A stretch of 64,000 bases of DNA from an uncultured Acidimicrobiaceae bacterium (GTDB lineage: Bacteria; Actinomycetota; Acidimicrobiia; Acidimicrobiales; SZUA-35). Below the pieces are notes generated by a model, which was not told where the DNA came from, ran no database searches, and saw only the letters and a list, made by a program, of their open reading frames with translations. The position numbers were made by a program, and so were the translations under genes. Each line of letters starts with the position of its first letter. The stretch's first letter is position 1. Of the stretch, positions 27,383 to 37,416 are shown piece by piece. Location of the stretch: assembly GCA_964648795.1 (NCBI GenBank), contig CAZYMB010000008.1, positions 8,401 to 72,400 of the forward strand. The letters are read 5' to 3'.

Positions 27383-27766
27383 CTAATACGCTAGCTAGCA
27401 CTTAAGAACATAGTTCCTCAACTGCTTCCTCAAAAGCCATCGAACAACCTCCGCCAGGGGGGACCTCCAGGTCCTGCTAAGATTGCGCTACTTCAGCCAA
27501 TTACAAGAAAAATCAGAGCTGGGATAATTATTAGCCACTCTGGGCGTAAGAATATTTTCATTCGAATCTCCGAGGTCTGGGTCAAGAGACTCTAGAACAG
27601 TCCAGCGCCCAGGGGTGTCAATGGAGCAAGGTTTCTTAGTGATGCCTGAATGGCTAGCCAAAGGCGCCTAAATAGCCTGAAAAGAGACTCGGATTCTCTT
27701 AACAAGCTCTTAACACTAATAACCGATAATGTAACTGTGAGTTGGGTCGAACGCGTAGGAGTGACC

Positions 27767-28438
27767 ATGTACAAGCTTCCAATAGTTATTGCTATAGGGC
27801 TATTTGCTGCAAGTTGTAGTAGCTCAGAAGAAGCCGCGGGTAATAACATCTTGATCGAAGGCGATGACGACATCACAGAGCTAGAAGTGAGCAGCGACGA
27901 CGAAGCACTCGCCCTCGAATTTGCAGCCTGCATGCGAGAGAACGGCGTCGACATTGCTGACCCAACAGTCAACGCTGACGGGTCAATTGACTTGTTTGGT
28001 GGCGGCGGACCAGGAGCAGGCGGCAACCAAGTTGATGCGCAAGCACGTCGTAGCGCTTTCGAAGAGTGCGGCGACATTATTGCCGAAGCTAGCTTCTTCG
28101 GTAACCGTGGCGGCAATGGACCAGATGTAGAACAACAAGACACCATTCTTGCCTTAGCTCAGTGCTTACGTGACAACGGCTTTACCGATGTTGAAGACCC
28201 AACCTTTGATGACTTTGGTGCTGGTGGCGCACCTGCGCTTGGTGCTGGCGGCCCTGGTGGTGGCCGTGGCGGCGGACTCTTCGGTGACAGTATCGACTTC
28301 CAGGATGAAGCTGTTCAAGAAACTCTAGCTTTGTGTAGAACTGAAGCCGGCATCGAAGATGGACAAGGTGGGCCCGGTGGCGGTGGATTCGGTGGACGTC
28401 GAGGTGGCGGAGCGGGCAGAAACGCAGCAGCTAACTAA
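27767..28438 (+). CDS. Gly-rich lipoprotein with paired Cys motifs
   Basis: The track ORF starts at 27650. I prefer the ATG at 27767, which is preceded by AGGAG and gives MYKLPIVIAIGLFAASCSS (lipobox). There are repeated motifs FAACMRENGVDIADP / LAQCLRDNGFTDVEDP and a poly-Gly tail GGPGGGGFGGRRGGGAG. Confidence 0.65.
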   Translation: MYKLPIVIAIGLFAASCSSSEEAAGNNILIEGDDDITELEVSSDDEALALEFAACMRENGVDIADPTVNADGSIDLFGGGGPGAGGNQVDAQARRSAFEECGDIIAEASFFGNRGGNGPDVEQQDTILALAQCLRDNGFTDVEDPTFDDFGAGGAPALGAGGPGGGRGGGLFGDSIDFQDEAVQETLALCRTEAGIEDGQGGPGGGGFGGRRGGGAGRNAAAN

Positions 28439-28458
28439 AGTATTTAACTTCTCTGAGA

Positions 28459-30048
28459 GTGAACATAATGGAAGAATCAGTTACAACTTTAGACCACGAA
28501 ACAAAACAGGATTCCAAGGCTAGACCATGGTATCTACACCCACTAGTAATTGGCGCAGCCGTAGTCGTCATAGCAATTGCTACTTGGCTCACGTTCTTTA
28601 ACGGTTCATCAGATGATGCAGACGCTAGTGGACAAATTCGTGCCGTTAGAGCCGAGACACGAGACCTAGTCGAGTTCACAACTCTTTCTGGGACACTTAA
28701 CTTCTCAGACATAGTCAATGTCAACGCTTCTGGTGGGGGAGTAGTCACAGATGTCATTACCGACGGCACCAGTCTCAATCAAGGTGACACTATATACAGA
28801 GTAAACGACCAGCCAATCGTATTGCTTTATGGCAACGCTGCCTTGTTCCGCAACTTTGGTAACGGCGACACTGGCGACGATGTGCTTCTACTCGAACAAA
28901 ACTTAGCTTCCCTAGGGTTCAATGTAGACTCCGACGGTTCTTCCACCGACTTCATAGTAGATGGCACCTTTACTGCTACAACCGCTGATGCGTTAGCGCG
29001 CTTTCAAGACTCAGTCGGGCTTACTTCAACTGGCTCGTTTAATGTATCTGACTATGTAGTTGCTGGAGGACCTTCCGTTGCCTCAAACATATCGGTTCGC
29101 ACAGGAACTTCAGTTACTCCGGGAACGTCTATCTTAGATTTGAATGTTGATCGATCAATCAATGGCTTATTCACAGCCCACTCTGGAGTTATAGAGTCAA
29201 CCCTTGAGGCTGGTAGCGAAATCAGTTCTGGCGAAGTTGTTTATGTACAAGACGGTCTTCCTATAACTGCATTTGTGACCGACGAAACCTTCACTAGAAC
29301 ACTTACCGAAGGCATTACCAATGGGGCTGACGTAGAAGTACTCGAACAAACACTTAGCGACCTTGGCTTCGATGCCGGCGGAGACCTAACAGTAGACGAG
29401 TCCTTCACTTCTGTTACTGCTGCAGCCATTACCGAGTGGCAACAAAATCTCAGTGAAACTTGGAGTGCCGTTGAATTAACTGGTGAGCTGGCTTTAGGTG
29501 ACCTTTTAGTGGTTTCGCCTGACTTTGTGCGAATTGATAGCGTAACCAATGGCGAACCCGTTACTCTCGGTCTAGCTTCACAAATATATACACTCAACTC
29601 CACTGCCGGCGATCGTATTGTTGAAGCAAATATTGCTGCAGCTGACAGAAGCCTTATATCTATTGGCGATATAATAGATGTCGAGTTCCCCGACGGCACC
29701 ATTACTGACGGCACAATAATTAGTCTCGCTACTTCCGCACAACCCGGCAACGGTGATGGCGACGGCGGAAACGGGATACCTCTAGAAGTTGCAGTATCTG
29801 AAACCCCAGAATCTGCCCGAGGCCTAACCGAATTAGCCGTTGACCTAAACATCACAACCAACCGAGCGCAAAGTGTGATCGCTATTCCCGTTGGAGCACT
29901 CATTGCACAGGGAGATGGAGTCTTTGCTGTTGAAACAACAGATGGTGAAACAACAGAGATTGTGACGGTAGAGCCTGGACTTTTTGCTGAAGGCTTTGTT
30001 GAAGTATCTGGTATTGAAGACGGAATAGCAGTTGTGGTGCCCTCGTGA
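28459..30048 (+). CDS. Membrane-fusion (HlyD/MacA-like) adaptor protein with two peptidoglycan-binding-like inserts
   Basis: 529 aa with an N-terminal TM helix. It has a barrel/lipoyl-like MFP segment (GGVVTDVITDGTSLNQGDTIYRV). Two PG_binding_1-like segments are present (LLLEQNLASLGFNV...ADALARFQDSVGL and VLEQTLSDLGFDAG...AAITEWQQNL). There is a GTGA overlap with the ABC ATPase gene. Confidence 0.7.
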   Translation: MNIMEESVTTLDHETKQDSKARPWYLHPLVIGAAVVVIAIATWLTFFNGSSDDADASGQIRAVRAETRDLVEFTTLSGTLNFSDIVNVNASGGGVVTDVITDGTSLNQGDTIYRVNDQPIVLLYGNAALFRNFGNGDTGDDVLLLEQNLASLGFNVDSDGSSTDFIVDGTFTATTADALARFQDSVGLTSTGSFNVSDYVVAGGPSVASNISVRTGTSVTPGTSILDLNVDRSINGLFTAHSGVIESTLEAGSEISSGEVVYVQDGLPITAFVTDETFTRTLTEGITNGADVEVLEQTLSDLGFDAGGDLTVDESFTSVTAAAITEWQQNLSETWSAVELTGELALGDLLVVSPDFVRIDSVTNGEPVTLGLASQIYTLNSTAGDRIVEANIAAADRSLISIGDIIDVEFPDGTITDGTIISLATSAQPGNGDGDGGNGIPLEVAVSETPESARGLTELAVDLNITTNRAQSVIAIPVGALIAQGDGVFAVETTDGETTEIVTVEPGLFAEGFVEVSGIEDGIAVVVPS

Positions 30049-30749
30049 CAACTGCCCTTGAGCTCTCTTCGGTAACTAAGGAGTTCCCTGGGTCGCCACC
30101 TGTTCGTGCTCTTGATGACGTTTCATTAACAGTTAATGATGGAGAGTTATTGGCAGTTGTTGGCCCATCGGGGAGTGGTAAGTCAACGTTACTAAATGTT
30201 GTTGGTACTCTTGACCGACCAACTAAAGGGACCGTCCTGATTGACGGTATTGATACAGCCAAGCTCAGCGACAACGACTTATCTGGAGTTAGAGCTAACA
30301 AGATCGGATTTGTCTTCCAGCAGTTCTTTCTACTACCAGGCATGTCAGCAATTGATAACGTCGCCAATGGCCTTCTTTACCAAGGTGTCGAGATAGAAGA
30401 GCGCCGCGAGCTCAGTGTCGCAGCGCTAAAACGTGTTGGCCTTGGACACCGATTAGGTCACAACCCGAATGAACTTTCTGGTGGAGAACGCCAACGTGTT
30501 GCAATTGCAAGAGCTCTTGTTCATCGCCCTGCGTTTGTATTAGCCGATGAGCCTACAGGAAACCTCGATTCTGAGACCACGGGCGCTGTCATGGATTTGA
30601 TTCGAGGGCTCAACGATGAGGGTTCAACCATTATTGTTATTACTCACGACCGAACGATTGCCAAAGCTCTACCTCGACAGGTTGAAGTTTTGGATGGGCG
30701 TATTCAATCGGACTCGAAGTCGACTTGGAGTGCCAATGACGCAATCTAA
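30045..30749 (+). CDS. ABC transporter ATP-binding protein (MacB/LolD type)
   Basis: 234 aa. Motifs are Walker A GPSGSGKST, Q-loop, signature LSGGERQRVAIARAL and Walker B FVLADEPTGNLD. Confidence 0.92.
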   Translation: MTTALELSSVTKEFPGSPPVRALDDVSLTVNDGELLAVVGPSGSGKSTLLNVVGTLDRPTKGTVLIDGIDTAKLSDNDLSGVRANKIGFVFQQFFLLPGMSAIDNVANGLLYQGVEIEERRELSVAALKRVGLGHRLGHNPNELSGGERQRVAIARALVHRPAFVLADEPTGNLDSETTGAVMDLIRGLNDEGSTIIVITHDRTIAKALPRQVEVLDGRIQSDSKSTWSANDAI

Positions 30750-31929
30750 GACTTCTCGACTGTTGCCAAAAGATATTCTGCGCACAGGCGCATCGGGGCC
30801 ACTTGCAAGAAAGGCACGAACCGCCCTGTCAGCCTTAGGTGTCTCAATTGGTATTGCTGCGCTAGTAGGGGTACTGGGGTTAAGTGAATCTTCAAAGTCA
30901 GCGTTGCTCGACGAAATCTCGGCACTTGGAACAGACTTGCTAACTGTGCAGGCAGGAGAGGGCTTCGGTCAAGGTAATGCTGCTCTTCCAGAGACCTCAC
31001 TTGATTCTGTTCGTAGGGCCAACAATGTTGAAAGCGCTAGCAGCATCATTGGAGTTGATGCTTCTGTGTTAAAGAGCGAGTTCATTCCATCAGGCGAGAC
31101 AGGTGGCATCCAGGTTGCTGCATCAGACGAGCGTTTGTTACAAACTCTCAATGGTGAAATAGCTACTGGCAAGTTCCTAGACGATGCAACCAGTCGTTAC
31201 CCTGCAGTTGTTTTAGGTTCAGTTGCTGCTGAGCGTCTAGGGATACGAGACCTGTCTGCTTCTCCATTTATTTTTGTGGGGGAGACCTATGTTGAGGTAA
31301 TCGGAATTTTAGAGCCTTTCCCAGGGGCCGCTGATCTTGACCGTTCTGCAATTATGGGAACTGTTGCTGCTCAAGATTTCTTTGGAGCCGACGTTGCGCC
31401 TAATCAAATATTTGTGCGTGTCGAAGACAGCATGGTTGACGAAGTTAGAGGACTGTTACCTGAAACAGTTGACCCTGCAAGCCCAGAGGAAGTAACGATC
31501 GATCGTCCAACTGATCTACTAGAAGCCGAAGCTGCGACCAATGATACGTTAACTACATTATTTCTAGGTTTGGGAGTGGTGGCACTACTCGTTGGAGGCA
31601 TTGGTATTGCCAACGTAATGGTTATTGCTGTTATTGAGCGTCGTGGCGAAATAGGTTTGCGTCGGGCACTCGGAGCAACCGAAGCCCACATACGAAATCA
31701 GTTCCTAACAGAAGCTGTGATCCTGTCAGCCCTCGGGGGATTCGTTGGAGTCGTAATTGGGATACTAGCTACTGTTGGATATTCATTGATTCAAGGTTGG
31801 CGTGTGATCATTCCTCTAGAAGCCGTTATTGGAGGTCCAGTAGCAGCGATCCTAATTGGAACCATTGCTGGACTGTATCCAGCTATTCGCGCAGCTAGGT
31901 TGGCGCCAACTGATGCCCTAAGGTCTTAA
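30736..31929 (+). CDS. ABC transporter permease, FtsX/MacB-type with a periplasmic domain
   Basis: The track ORF starts at 30616. I prefer MTQSKTSRLLPKDILR at 30736. The layout is TM1, a roughly 230-aa extracytoplasmic domain, then a three-TM FtsX-like C-terminus (GGIGIANVMVIAVIERRGEIGLRRALGA). Confidence 0.85.
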   Translation: MTQSKTSRLLPKDILRTGASGPLARKARTALSALGVSIGIAALVGVLGLSESSKSALLDEISALGTDLLTVQAGEGFGQGNAALPETSLDSVRRANNVESASSIIGVDASVLKSEFIPSGETGGIQVAASDERLLQTLNGEIATGKFLDDATSRYPAVVLGSVAAERLGIRDLSASPFIFVGETYVEVIGILEPFPGAADLDRSAIMGTVAAQDFFGADVAPNQIFVRVEDSMVDEVRGLLPETVDPASPEEVTIDRPTDLLEAEAATNDTLTTLFLGLGVVALLVGGIGIANVMVIAVIERRGEIGLRRALGATEAHIRNQFLTEAVILSALGGFVGVVIGILATVGYSLIQGWRVIIPLEAVIGGPVAAILIGTIAGLYPAIRAARLAPTDALRS

Positions 31930-31999
31930 GTCTTGGGCATAGTCGCTGACAGCTACATGCATTCAGAAGGGGAGTGCTGGCTACTCTCCTAACGAATAA

Positions 32000-32025
32000 T
32001 GCCGCCAGATTTCGGCAGCTTTTTT
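32000..32025 (+). terminator. Intrinsic terminator after the ABC operon
   Basis: Stem TGCCG / CGGCA with an 8-nt loop, followed 2 nt later by TTTTTT at 32020..32025, about 70 nt after the permease stop. Confidence 0.55.
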
Positions 32026-32048
32026 AAACACTGAGGCGTGTACTGCTC

Positions 32049-32723
32049 CTACAAAGTCGACCTAAAGGTAGACAGTCTCGCTTCTTTCAGACGTGGCCTC
32101 ACAGATTCAGGATGTTCTGAGAATCCTGATACAAGATTACTCTCAGGACTCTTATTGCCGAGGTATCTAAAGAGGTCCTGAAAGAAAAACGCCTCACGTG
32201 CAGCGTTGGTTTGAGCGGCCATAATCTCTATGCCGGCAAAGCCAGTTAATATACTAATTCCAGCTTCTTCGAGCACCGGTAGAGCTGACAAGTGAGCCTC
32301 ATAGAGTTCGCTAACATTTCCCTGGGGAACAACCTGTCTCAACTCGCCACTGGAGATCGGCGTACTGTTAGTCATCTGTGTCTGCAAGTAACCCTGTGTT
32401 CCAAAATCAGCAAGTCCCAACCATGATAAGAAATAATTATGACTCTCAAATATTGTGGAACCCTCGGGGGAGTAACTCGTAAGCCGAACCATACCTATAC
32501 CCTGCTCAACATTGGAAAAAGAGGTTATAAAGTGCTTGATGTCCTGCCCACTAAACTCAGCAATATAGACACCATCTTTTTTCAAAGGCAATACAGAAAG
32601 CGCCCTCTCTGTATCATCATCCATCAGAAGGTGCTTAACTGGTTCGATAAATTCGGCTGGGATATCACTAGACACAATTGGGTTTAGCGACATCCATGCA
32701 GCAGCTGCGTGATTAAACCCCAT
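32049..32723 (-). CDS. Hypothetical cytoplasmic protein
   Basis: 224-aa ORF with no competing ORF of similar length and no motif I recognise. Confidence 0.5.
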   Translation of the reverse strand: MGFNHAAAAWMSLNPIVSSDIPAEFIEPVKHLLMDDDTERALSVLPLKKDGVYIAEFSGQDIKHFITSFSNVEQGIGMVRLTSYSPEGSTIFESHNYFLSWLGLADFGTQGYLQTQMTNSTPISSGELRQVVPQGNVSELYEAHLSALPVLEEAGISILTGFAGIEIMAAQTNAAREAFFFQDLFRYLGNKSPESNLVSGFSEHPESVRPRLKEARLSTFRSTL

Positions 32724-32732
32724 TAAGCTTGT

Positions 32733-32878
32733 ACCTGTGTTTGATCCCTCATATATGCGTTATCGACACAGGTGCGCAAAGCCTATATAGGGCCCTTTAA
32801 CCAGAAGTAACCGTGATAATCTATCTTATAACGGTTACCAATCTACGGTCCCCTTTGTCCACAGGACAGCTATATAGG
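32733..32878. promoter_or_regulatory. Cluster of inverted repeats/palindromes in a divergent intergenic region
   Basis: ACCTGTGT (32733-40) pairs with ACACAGGT (32766-73). CCTATATAGG is at 32782-91. GTAACCG (32807-13) pairs with CGGTTAC (32832-38). TGTCC-ACA-GGACA is at 32856-68. CTATATAGG is at 32870-78. Confidence 0.4.
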
Positions 32879-33163
32879 CCAAAAGAATCATGGTCCAAAA
32901 GACCTATAGATGCAATGGCAACTGTCTTGAATCTGACGTTCTTCATTCCCGACCAGGCCTAGAGGCGAACATACGCTTCGATAATCTGTGACAATCTGGT
33001 CTTATGACAGTTACAGAAGCCAATTACCCGATCGTTAACAGTAGTTCATTTAAGCGCCGGCTCGAAGAATGTCAGCCTTCGCAGAACGCCTTGTTTGGCG
33101 GTGCTGGCAACTTGTCTGCCGGGACGCCTCAGCAAGTAAATTACGTGTTGGGCGGTAACTAAT

Positions 33164-33655
33164 ATGTCATTATCATCAGAGATGCTTCGGCGGACCAAAC
33201 AGACTCTACTATTTGGTCCAATTGCTGGTGCGTTAACGGGTCTTAGTTTCGTTACGCTCTTTACCTTGTTAAGTCTGCTAGCCGGTAGTTTAGATGTTAT
33301 TACGTCAGGCGACATCTTAAGTGTTTGGTTCGTTATTTCACTATACCTTGCTGGAATGGGCGCACTGACTGGAGCACTAGTTGCAATTATTGTCGGACTT
33401 ACTAACTCACTCCGATGGGCTCCCCTAGTAAGCGTCATCACATTCTTTGCTGTGGTAGGCCTGCCGTTCATCCTGAACTCAACTCCGAGTTCAACAGTTG
33501 GGCGAGAACTCGTGTTACCGATCGCTCTGGGACTCCTTGCTATATGTGGAGTACTTGCTGCACTAAATGGACAGCTACTAAAGCACCTGTTGCAATCCCA
33601 ACATTCCTCCGATAAGTCGTTGCATAAACTACGAAAATTAGCGGCCGTCGGCTAG
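33164..33655 (+). CDS. Hypothetical polytopic membrane protein
   Basis: 163 aa with about 5 hydrophobic helices and no recognisable motif. Confidence 0.5.
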   Translation: MSLSSEMLRRTKQTLLFGPIAGALTGLSFVTLFTLLSLLAGSLDVITSGDILSVWFVISLYLAGMGALTGALVAIIVGLTNSLRWAPLVSVITFFAVVGLPFILNSTPSSTVGRELVLPIALGLLAICGVLAALNGQLLKHLLQSQHSSDKSLHKLRKLAAVG

Positions 33656-33682
33656 TTCGTAGCGGTCATCTTCGGAGTATTT

Positions 33683-34300
33683 ATGACTCTAAGCTTTGTT
33701 CTCCAATACCAAATCGCCCTAGCGGGTGTTGACAATGTAATCAGATCCAGACCGGCAGAGGTTGACCGATCGCTACTAACAAACAATCTGTTGAACTTTG
33801 CGTTACCTGCTTTAGGGCTCTACATCTTTATTGGGACCATCTGTGCAATTCTAAGTCACCTAGCGTCGGGACTCGTGGCAAACAGGTGGTCTACTAAAGT
33901 TTGGGGTGCCACCTGGGCTACAACGTTTGGTGCCTTGAGTTTGCTTTTTCCACACCGACTAAGAGTCTCAAGACTAACTCCTGTGGGCACGCTAAGCGAT
34001 TGGCTTACTACATCTCTGTTATCTGCTCCTGAAGCTACAATTTTTAGTGTTATCAACAGTGAGTGGTCCTACTCGCTAAATACACCACTACTCAATCTCG
34101 AATCAAACATACCGGCGATATTGGCGACACTTCTCGGAGGGACATTGGGGTTAATGGGTGGTCGAATTTACAACGGCAAAGTTAGTAAAGGAGTCAGGCA
34201 AACACGAGGAAAACCTACTTACACGCCATCAAACACAGGGCTTAGCAACATCAAACCAGCAATATCGCTCACAGAGGCCAGCTCAAACACTGCTGTTTAG
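33683..34300 (+). CDS. Hypothetical membrane protein
   Basis: 205 aa with several hydrophobic segments and a basic/Ser-Thr-rich C-terminal tail. It starts 27 nt after the previous ORF. Confidence 0.5.
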   Translation: MTLSFVLQYQIALAGVDNVIRSRPAEVDRSLLTNNLLNFALPALGLYIFIGTICAILSHLASGLVANRWSTKVWGATWATTFGALSLLFPHRLRVSRLTPVGTLSDWLTTSLLSAPEATIFSVINSEWSYSLNTPLLNLESNIPAILATLLGGTLGLMGGRIYNGKVSKGVRQTRGKPTYTPSNTGLSNIKPAISLTEASSNTAV

Positions 34301-34308
34301 GCTGAAAC

Positions 34309-37140
34309 TTAATCAAGAACTTCAGCTAAGAACTTGCCAGTAAATGACTTCTTAGACTTCGCAACCTTTTCTGGCGTACCAGTAGCCACGACTTTGCCCC
34401 CACCGTCTCCCCCATCTGGGCCTAAATCAATAATCCAGTCAGCTGTCTTAATGACATCCAAATTGTGTTCAATAACTAGTACCGTATTGCCCTGATCTAC
34501 CAGGCGTCCAAGAACGGTCAGCAACTTGGCTATGTCTTCAAAGTGCAAACCAGTCGTCGGCTCATCTAATAGATATATGGTGTGGCCGGTTGATTTCTTA
34601 GCCAACTCGGCGGCAAGCTTTACACGCTGTGCCTCTCCCCCAGAAAGGGTTGGTGCAGGCTGACCAAGCCTCACATAACTAAGCCCCACGTCAACCAGTG
34701 TTTGCAAATGTCTGGCTATAACTGGTTGCGCTGAGAAGAACTCTAATGCTTCACCAATTGGCATCTTCAACACATCTGAGATTGACTTGCCTTTAAACAG
34801 AATCTCTAAAGTGTCACGATTGTAACGATCACCCTTACAGACTTCGCAAGGCACATACACGTCTGGCAGGAAGTGCATTTCGATACGGATAGTTCCATCA
34901 CCACTACACGCATCACAGCGACCACCGGACACGTTAAACGAGAACCTGCCTGGTTGATAGCCACGAACCTTTGCCTCTGTCGTTAGAGCAAACAGCTTTC
35001 TAATCTTGTCGAACACGCCTGTGTAGGTAGCGGGGTTTGACCTTGGAGTACGGCCAATCGGCGACTGGTCGATATTGATGACCTTGTCTAAGTCTCCAAC
35101 ACCTTTGATTTCTTTGTGTAGCCCGGGAGGATACTTTGACTTGTAAATCTTCTGCATCAAGTGACGAAGCAGAATCTGATTAATCAGAGTTGATTTACCA
35201 GAACCAGATACACCTGTGATTGCCACTAATAGACCGAGTGGTATCTCAACATCTATGTTCTGAAGATTGTTTTCTCTCGCCCCAATAATCTCTAACGAGT
35301 CGCCATTTGACTTACGACGCTTAGCGGGAACTGGAATTGACTTCTTACCAGCAATATATTGACCCGTAATAGAATCCTTCGATTTAACAAGCTGCTTTGC
35401 GGTACCAGAAAAGACAACCTCTCCCCCATGCTCACCGGCTCCAGGCCCAATGTCTACAACATGGTCCGCTACACGGATTGTGTCCTCATCGTGCTCGACC
35501 ACCAAAACAGTGTTACCAATGTCACGCAGACGCTTCAAGGTAGAAATCAACTTTTGGTTATCCCGTTGATGCAAACCAATACTTGGCTCATCTAGAACAT
35601 ACAAAACTCCAACAAGTCCAGAACCAATTTGCGAGGCAAGACGTATTCGCTGCGCCTCTCCCCCGGAGAGTGTATTCGCCGAACGACCAAGGTTTAGATA
35701 GTCAAGACCTACATCTAGCAAGAAGCCAAGCCGAGCGCTGATCTCTTTAAGAATCAGGTCAGCAATAAGCATGTCTCGCTCTGTCAGCTCCAATGTTTGA
35801 ACTGTCTTAACAGCTTCACCAATTGACATGCCTGTAATGTCTGCAATATTGACATCGCCAATGCGACAAGCGAGTGAAAGTGGGTTAAGCCTTGCACCCT
35901 CACAGACACTGCAGTGTATTTCACGCATGTAGCCTTCTACCTGGTCTCGAACATTGTCAGACTCAGACTCCGAGTGTCGACGCTTAAGGTAAGGCATGAT
36001 GCCTTCGAAGTTTGCGTTGTAAACACGCTTACGTCCATAGCGATTCTTGTAGGTAACCTTTACCTTCTCGTCAGGGCGACCTTCGAGAATTATGTTCTGA
36101 TCCTTCTTCGAAAGTTTCTTCCATGGCTTATCTACGGCTATGCCGTGTGCTTCGCAAACGCCTGCAAGCAGTCTCGTAAAGTACTTGCCTCGGCCATCTG
36201 ACCATGGGTGTACTGCGCCTTGACCAATTGTTAGATCTGGGTTCGGAACAACTAGTGCAGGATCGACTTCGTATGTAGTACCAAGTCCGTCACAGGCATT
36301 ACAGGCGCCATATGGCGAGTTGAACGAGAAGTTGCGTGGCGCTAGTTCTTCAAAGCTCTTACCATCACTCGGTCGAGACAGATGCTGAGAGAAAGTTAAG
36401 AACTCTGAGTCCTTACCCTTCTTTACGATTTCAATTTCTGCTAAGCCTTCTGCAAGACCTAAAGCAGTTTCCATCGACTCGCTCAAGCGACGTTCGATGC
36501 CCTTTTTGTGAACGAGTCGGTCGACCACAACCTTGATTGTGTGCTTTTCGTATCTCTCTAATTCTGGGAGGTCATCAGACAGCTCATACTGCTCACCATT
36601 AATTACTACACGAGCAAAACCTTGCTCAGCAAAATTACTCAACAGCGTTTCATAACTACCTTTGCGACCTCTAACAACTGGAGCAAGAACCTGGAAACGC
36701 GTGCCTTCGGGCAACTGCATAACTTGGTCAACGATTTGCTGAGGAGTCTGCTTGACTAGAACTTCGCCAGTCTCAGGATCATGAGGGGTTCCGACTCGAG
36801 CAAACAGTAGGCGGAGATAATCATAGACTTCAGTAACCGTACCGACAGTTGAGCGAGGGTTGCGAGAAGAAGACTTCTGGTCAATCGAAATAGCAGGCGA
36901 AAGACCTTCTATAAATTCAACGTCTGGCTTGTCCATTTGGCCAAGAAACTGGCGGGCATAAGAAGAGAGCGATTCGACATAACGCCGCTGACCCTCAGCA
37001 TAAATAGTGTCAAAAGCCAAAGAAGATTTGCCTGACCCAGACAGTCCGGTAAAGACAATCAGCTTGTCACGGGGGATCTCTATATCCACGCCTTTTAAGT
37101 TGTGTTCACGGGCCCCACGGACCACTATCGAATTCGACAC
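34309..37140 (-). CDS. uvrA: Excinuclease ABC subunit A
   Basis: 943 aa with a GTG start. It has two ABC modules (GLSGSGKSS and GVSGSGKST; LSGGEAQR twice) and zinc-finger Cys clusters. Confidence 0.97.
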   Translation of the reverse strand: MSNSIVVRGAREHNLKGVDIEIPRDKLIVFTGLSGSGKSSLAFDTIYAEGQRRYVESLSSYARQFLGQMDKPDVEFIEGLSPAISIDQKSSSRNPRSTVGTVTEVYDYLRLLFARVGTPHDPETGEVLVKQTPQQIVDQVMQLPEGTRFQVLAPVVRGRKGSYETLLSNFAEQGFARVVINGEQYELSDDLPELERYEKHTIKVVVDRLVHKKGIERRLSESMETALGLAEGLAEIEIVKKGKDSEFLTFSQHLSRPSDGKSFEELAPRNFSFNSPYGACNACDGLGTTYEVDPALVVPNPDLTIGQGAVHPWSDGRGKYFTRLLAGVCEAHGIAVDKPWKKLSKKDQNIILEGRPDEKVKVTYKNRYGRKRVYNANFEGIMPYLKRRHSESESDNVRDQVEGYMREIHCSVCEGARLNPLSLACRIGDVNIADITGMSIGEAVKTVQTLELTERDMLIADLILKEISARLGFLLDVGLDYLNLGRSANTLSGGEAQRIRLASQIGSGLVGVLYVLDEPSIGLHQRDNQKLISTLKRLRDIGNTVLVVEHDEDTIRVADHVVDIGPGAGEHGGEVVFSGTAKQLVKSKDSITGQYIAGKKSIPVPAKRRKSNGDSLEIIGARENNLQNIDVEIPLGLLVAITGVSGSGKSTLINQILLRHLMQKIYKSKYPPGLHKEIKGVGDLDKVINIDQSPIGRTPRSNPATYTGVFDKIRKLFALTTEAKVRGYQPGRFSFNVSGGRCDACSGDGTIRIEMHFLPDVYVPCEVCKGDRYNRDTLEILFKGKSISDVLKMPIGEALEFFSAQPVIARHLQTLVDVGLSYVRLGQPAPTLSGGEAQRVKLAAELAKKSTGHTIYLLDEPTTGLHFEDIAKLLTVLGRLVDQGNTVLVIEHNLDVIKTADWIIDLGPDGGDGGGKVVATGTPEKVAKSKKSFTGKFLAEVLD

Positions 37141-37416
37141 CTAGCCGAGTCTAGCGAGTATCAGGCTAGACAGTCAGTGTTCTGTTGTCTGATCCAAGCC
37201 ACATATCAGGCAAGCCCACCCAAGCCAACTCGCCTTCTGAGAGGTCATCCAGGCATTTGACTTGCTCATCTACCATCCTAAGCCTGGTTATAGATGGTCC
37301 AAAGTCACAAAAGGTTTGAACAGCCAACATATCTTTCGAGCTTTCTCCCCGTCCGAAAGACCATCGAAATCAGGCCCACTGAAATCCTCGAATCCAGACA
37401 TATCCAGAGCTTACTT

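Noticed and set aside
27495-27560. A tiny minus-strand ORF, MKIFLRPEWLIIIPALIFLVIG (22 aa, GGAG 6 nt upstream). Its UGA stop is followed in frame by 20 more codons and a GGACC-TGGA-GGTCC hairpin, so I considered read-through or a SECIS-like element.
   Set aside because: It is too short to support without conservation data. The hairpin is equally well explained as a terminator for 26333..27382. There is no selenoprotein context.
29241-29903. A long antisense ORF (220 aa) opposite the membrane-fusion protein gene. Similar shadow ORFs include 19002..19499, 27592..28146, 37262..37909 and 9961..10353.
   Set aside because: They lie opposite genes with strong motif support, have low-complexity Ser/Pro/Arg-rich translations and have no start context. 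These are typical shadow ORFs.
37141-37416. LexA/SOS boxes (GAAC-N4-GTTC type) upstream of uvrA and uvrB, and a 37-codon acidic ORF (37288..37401) in the uvrA-uvrB gap.
   Set aside because: I found no convincing dyad by eye in either promoter region (37141..37416 or 39445..39560). The small ORF has no ribosome-binding site and no recognisable features.
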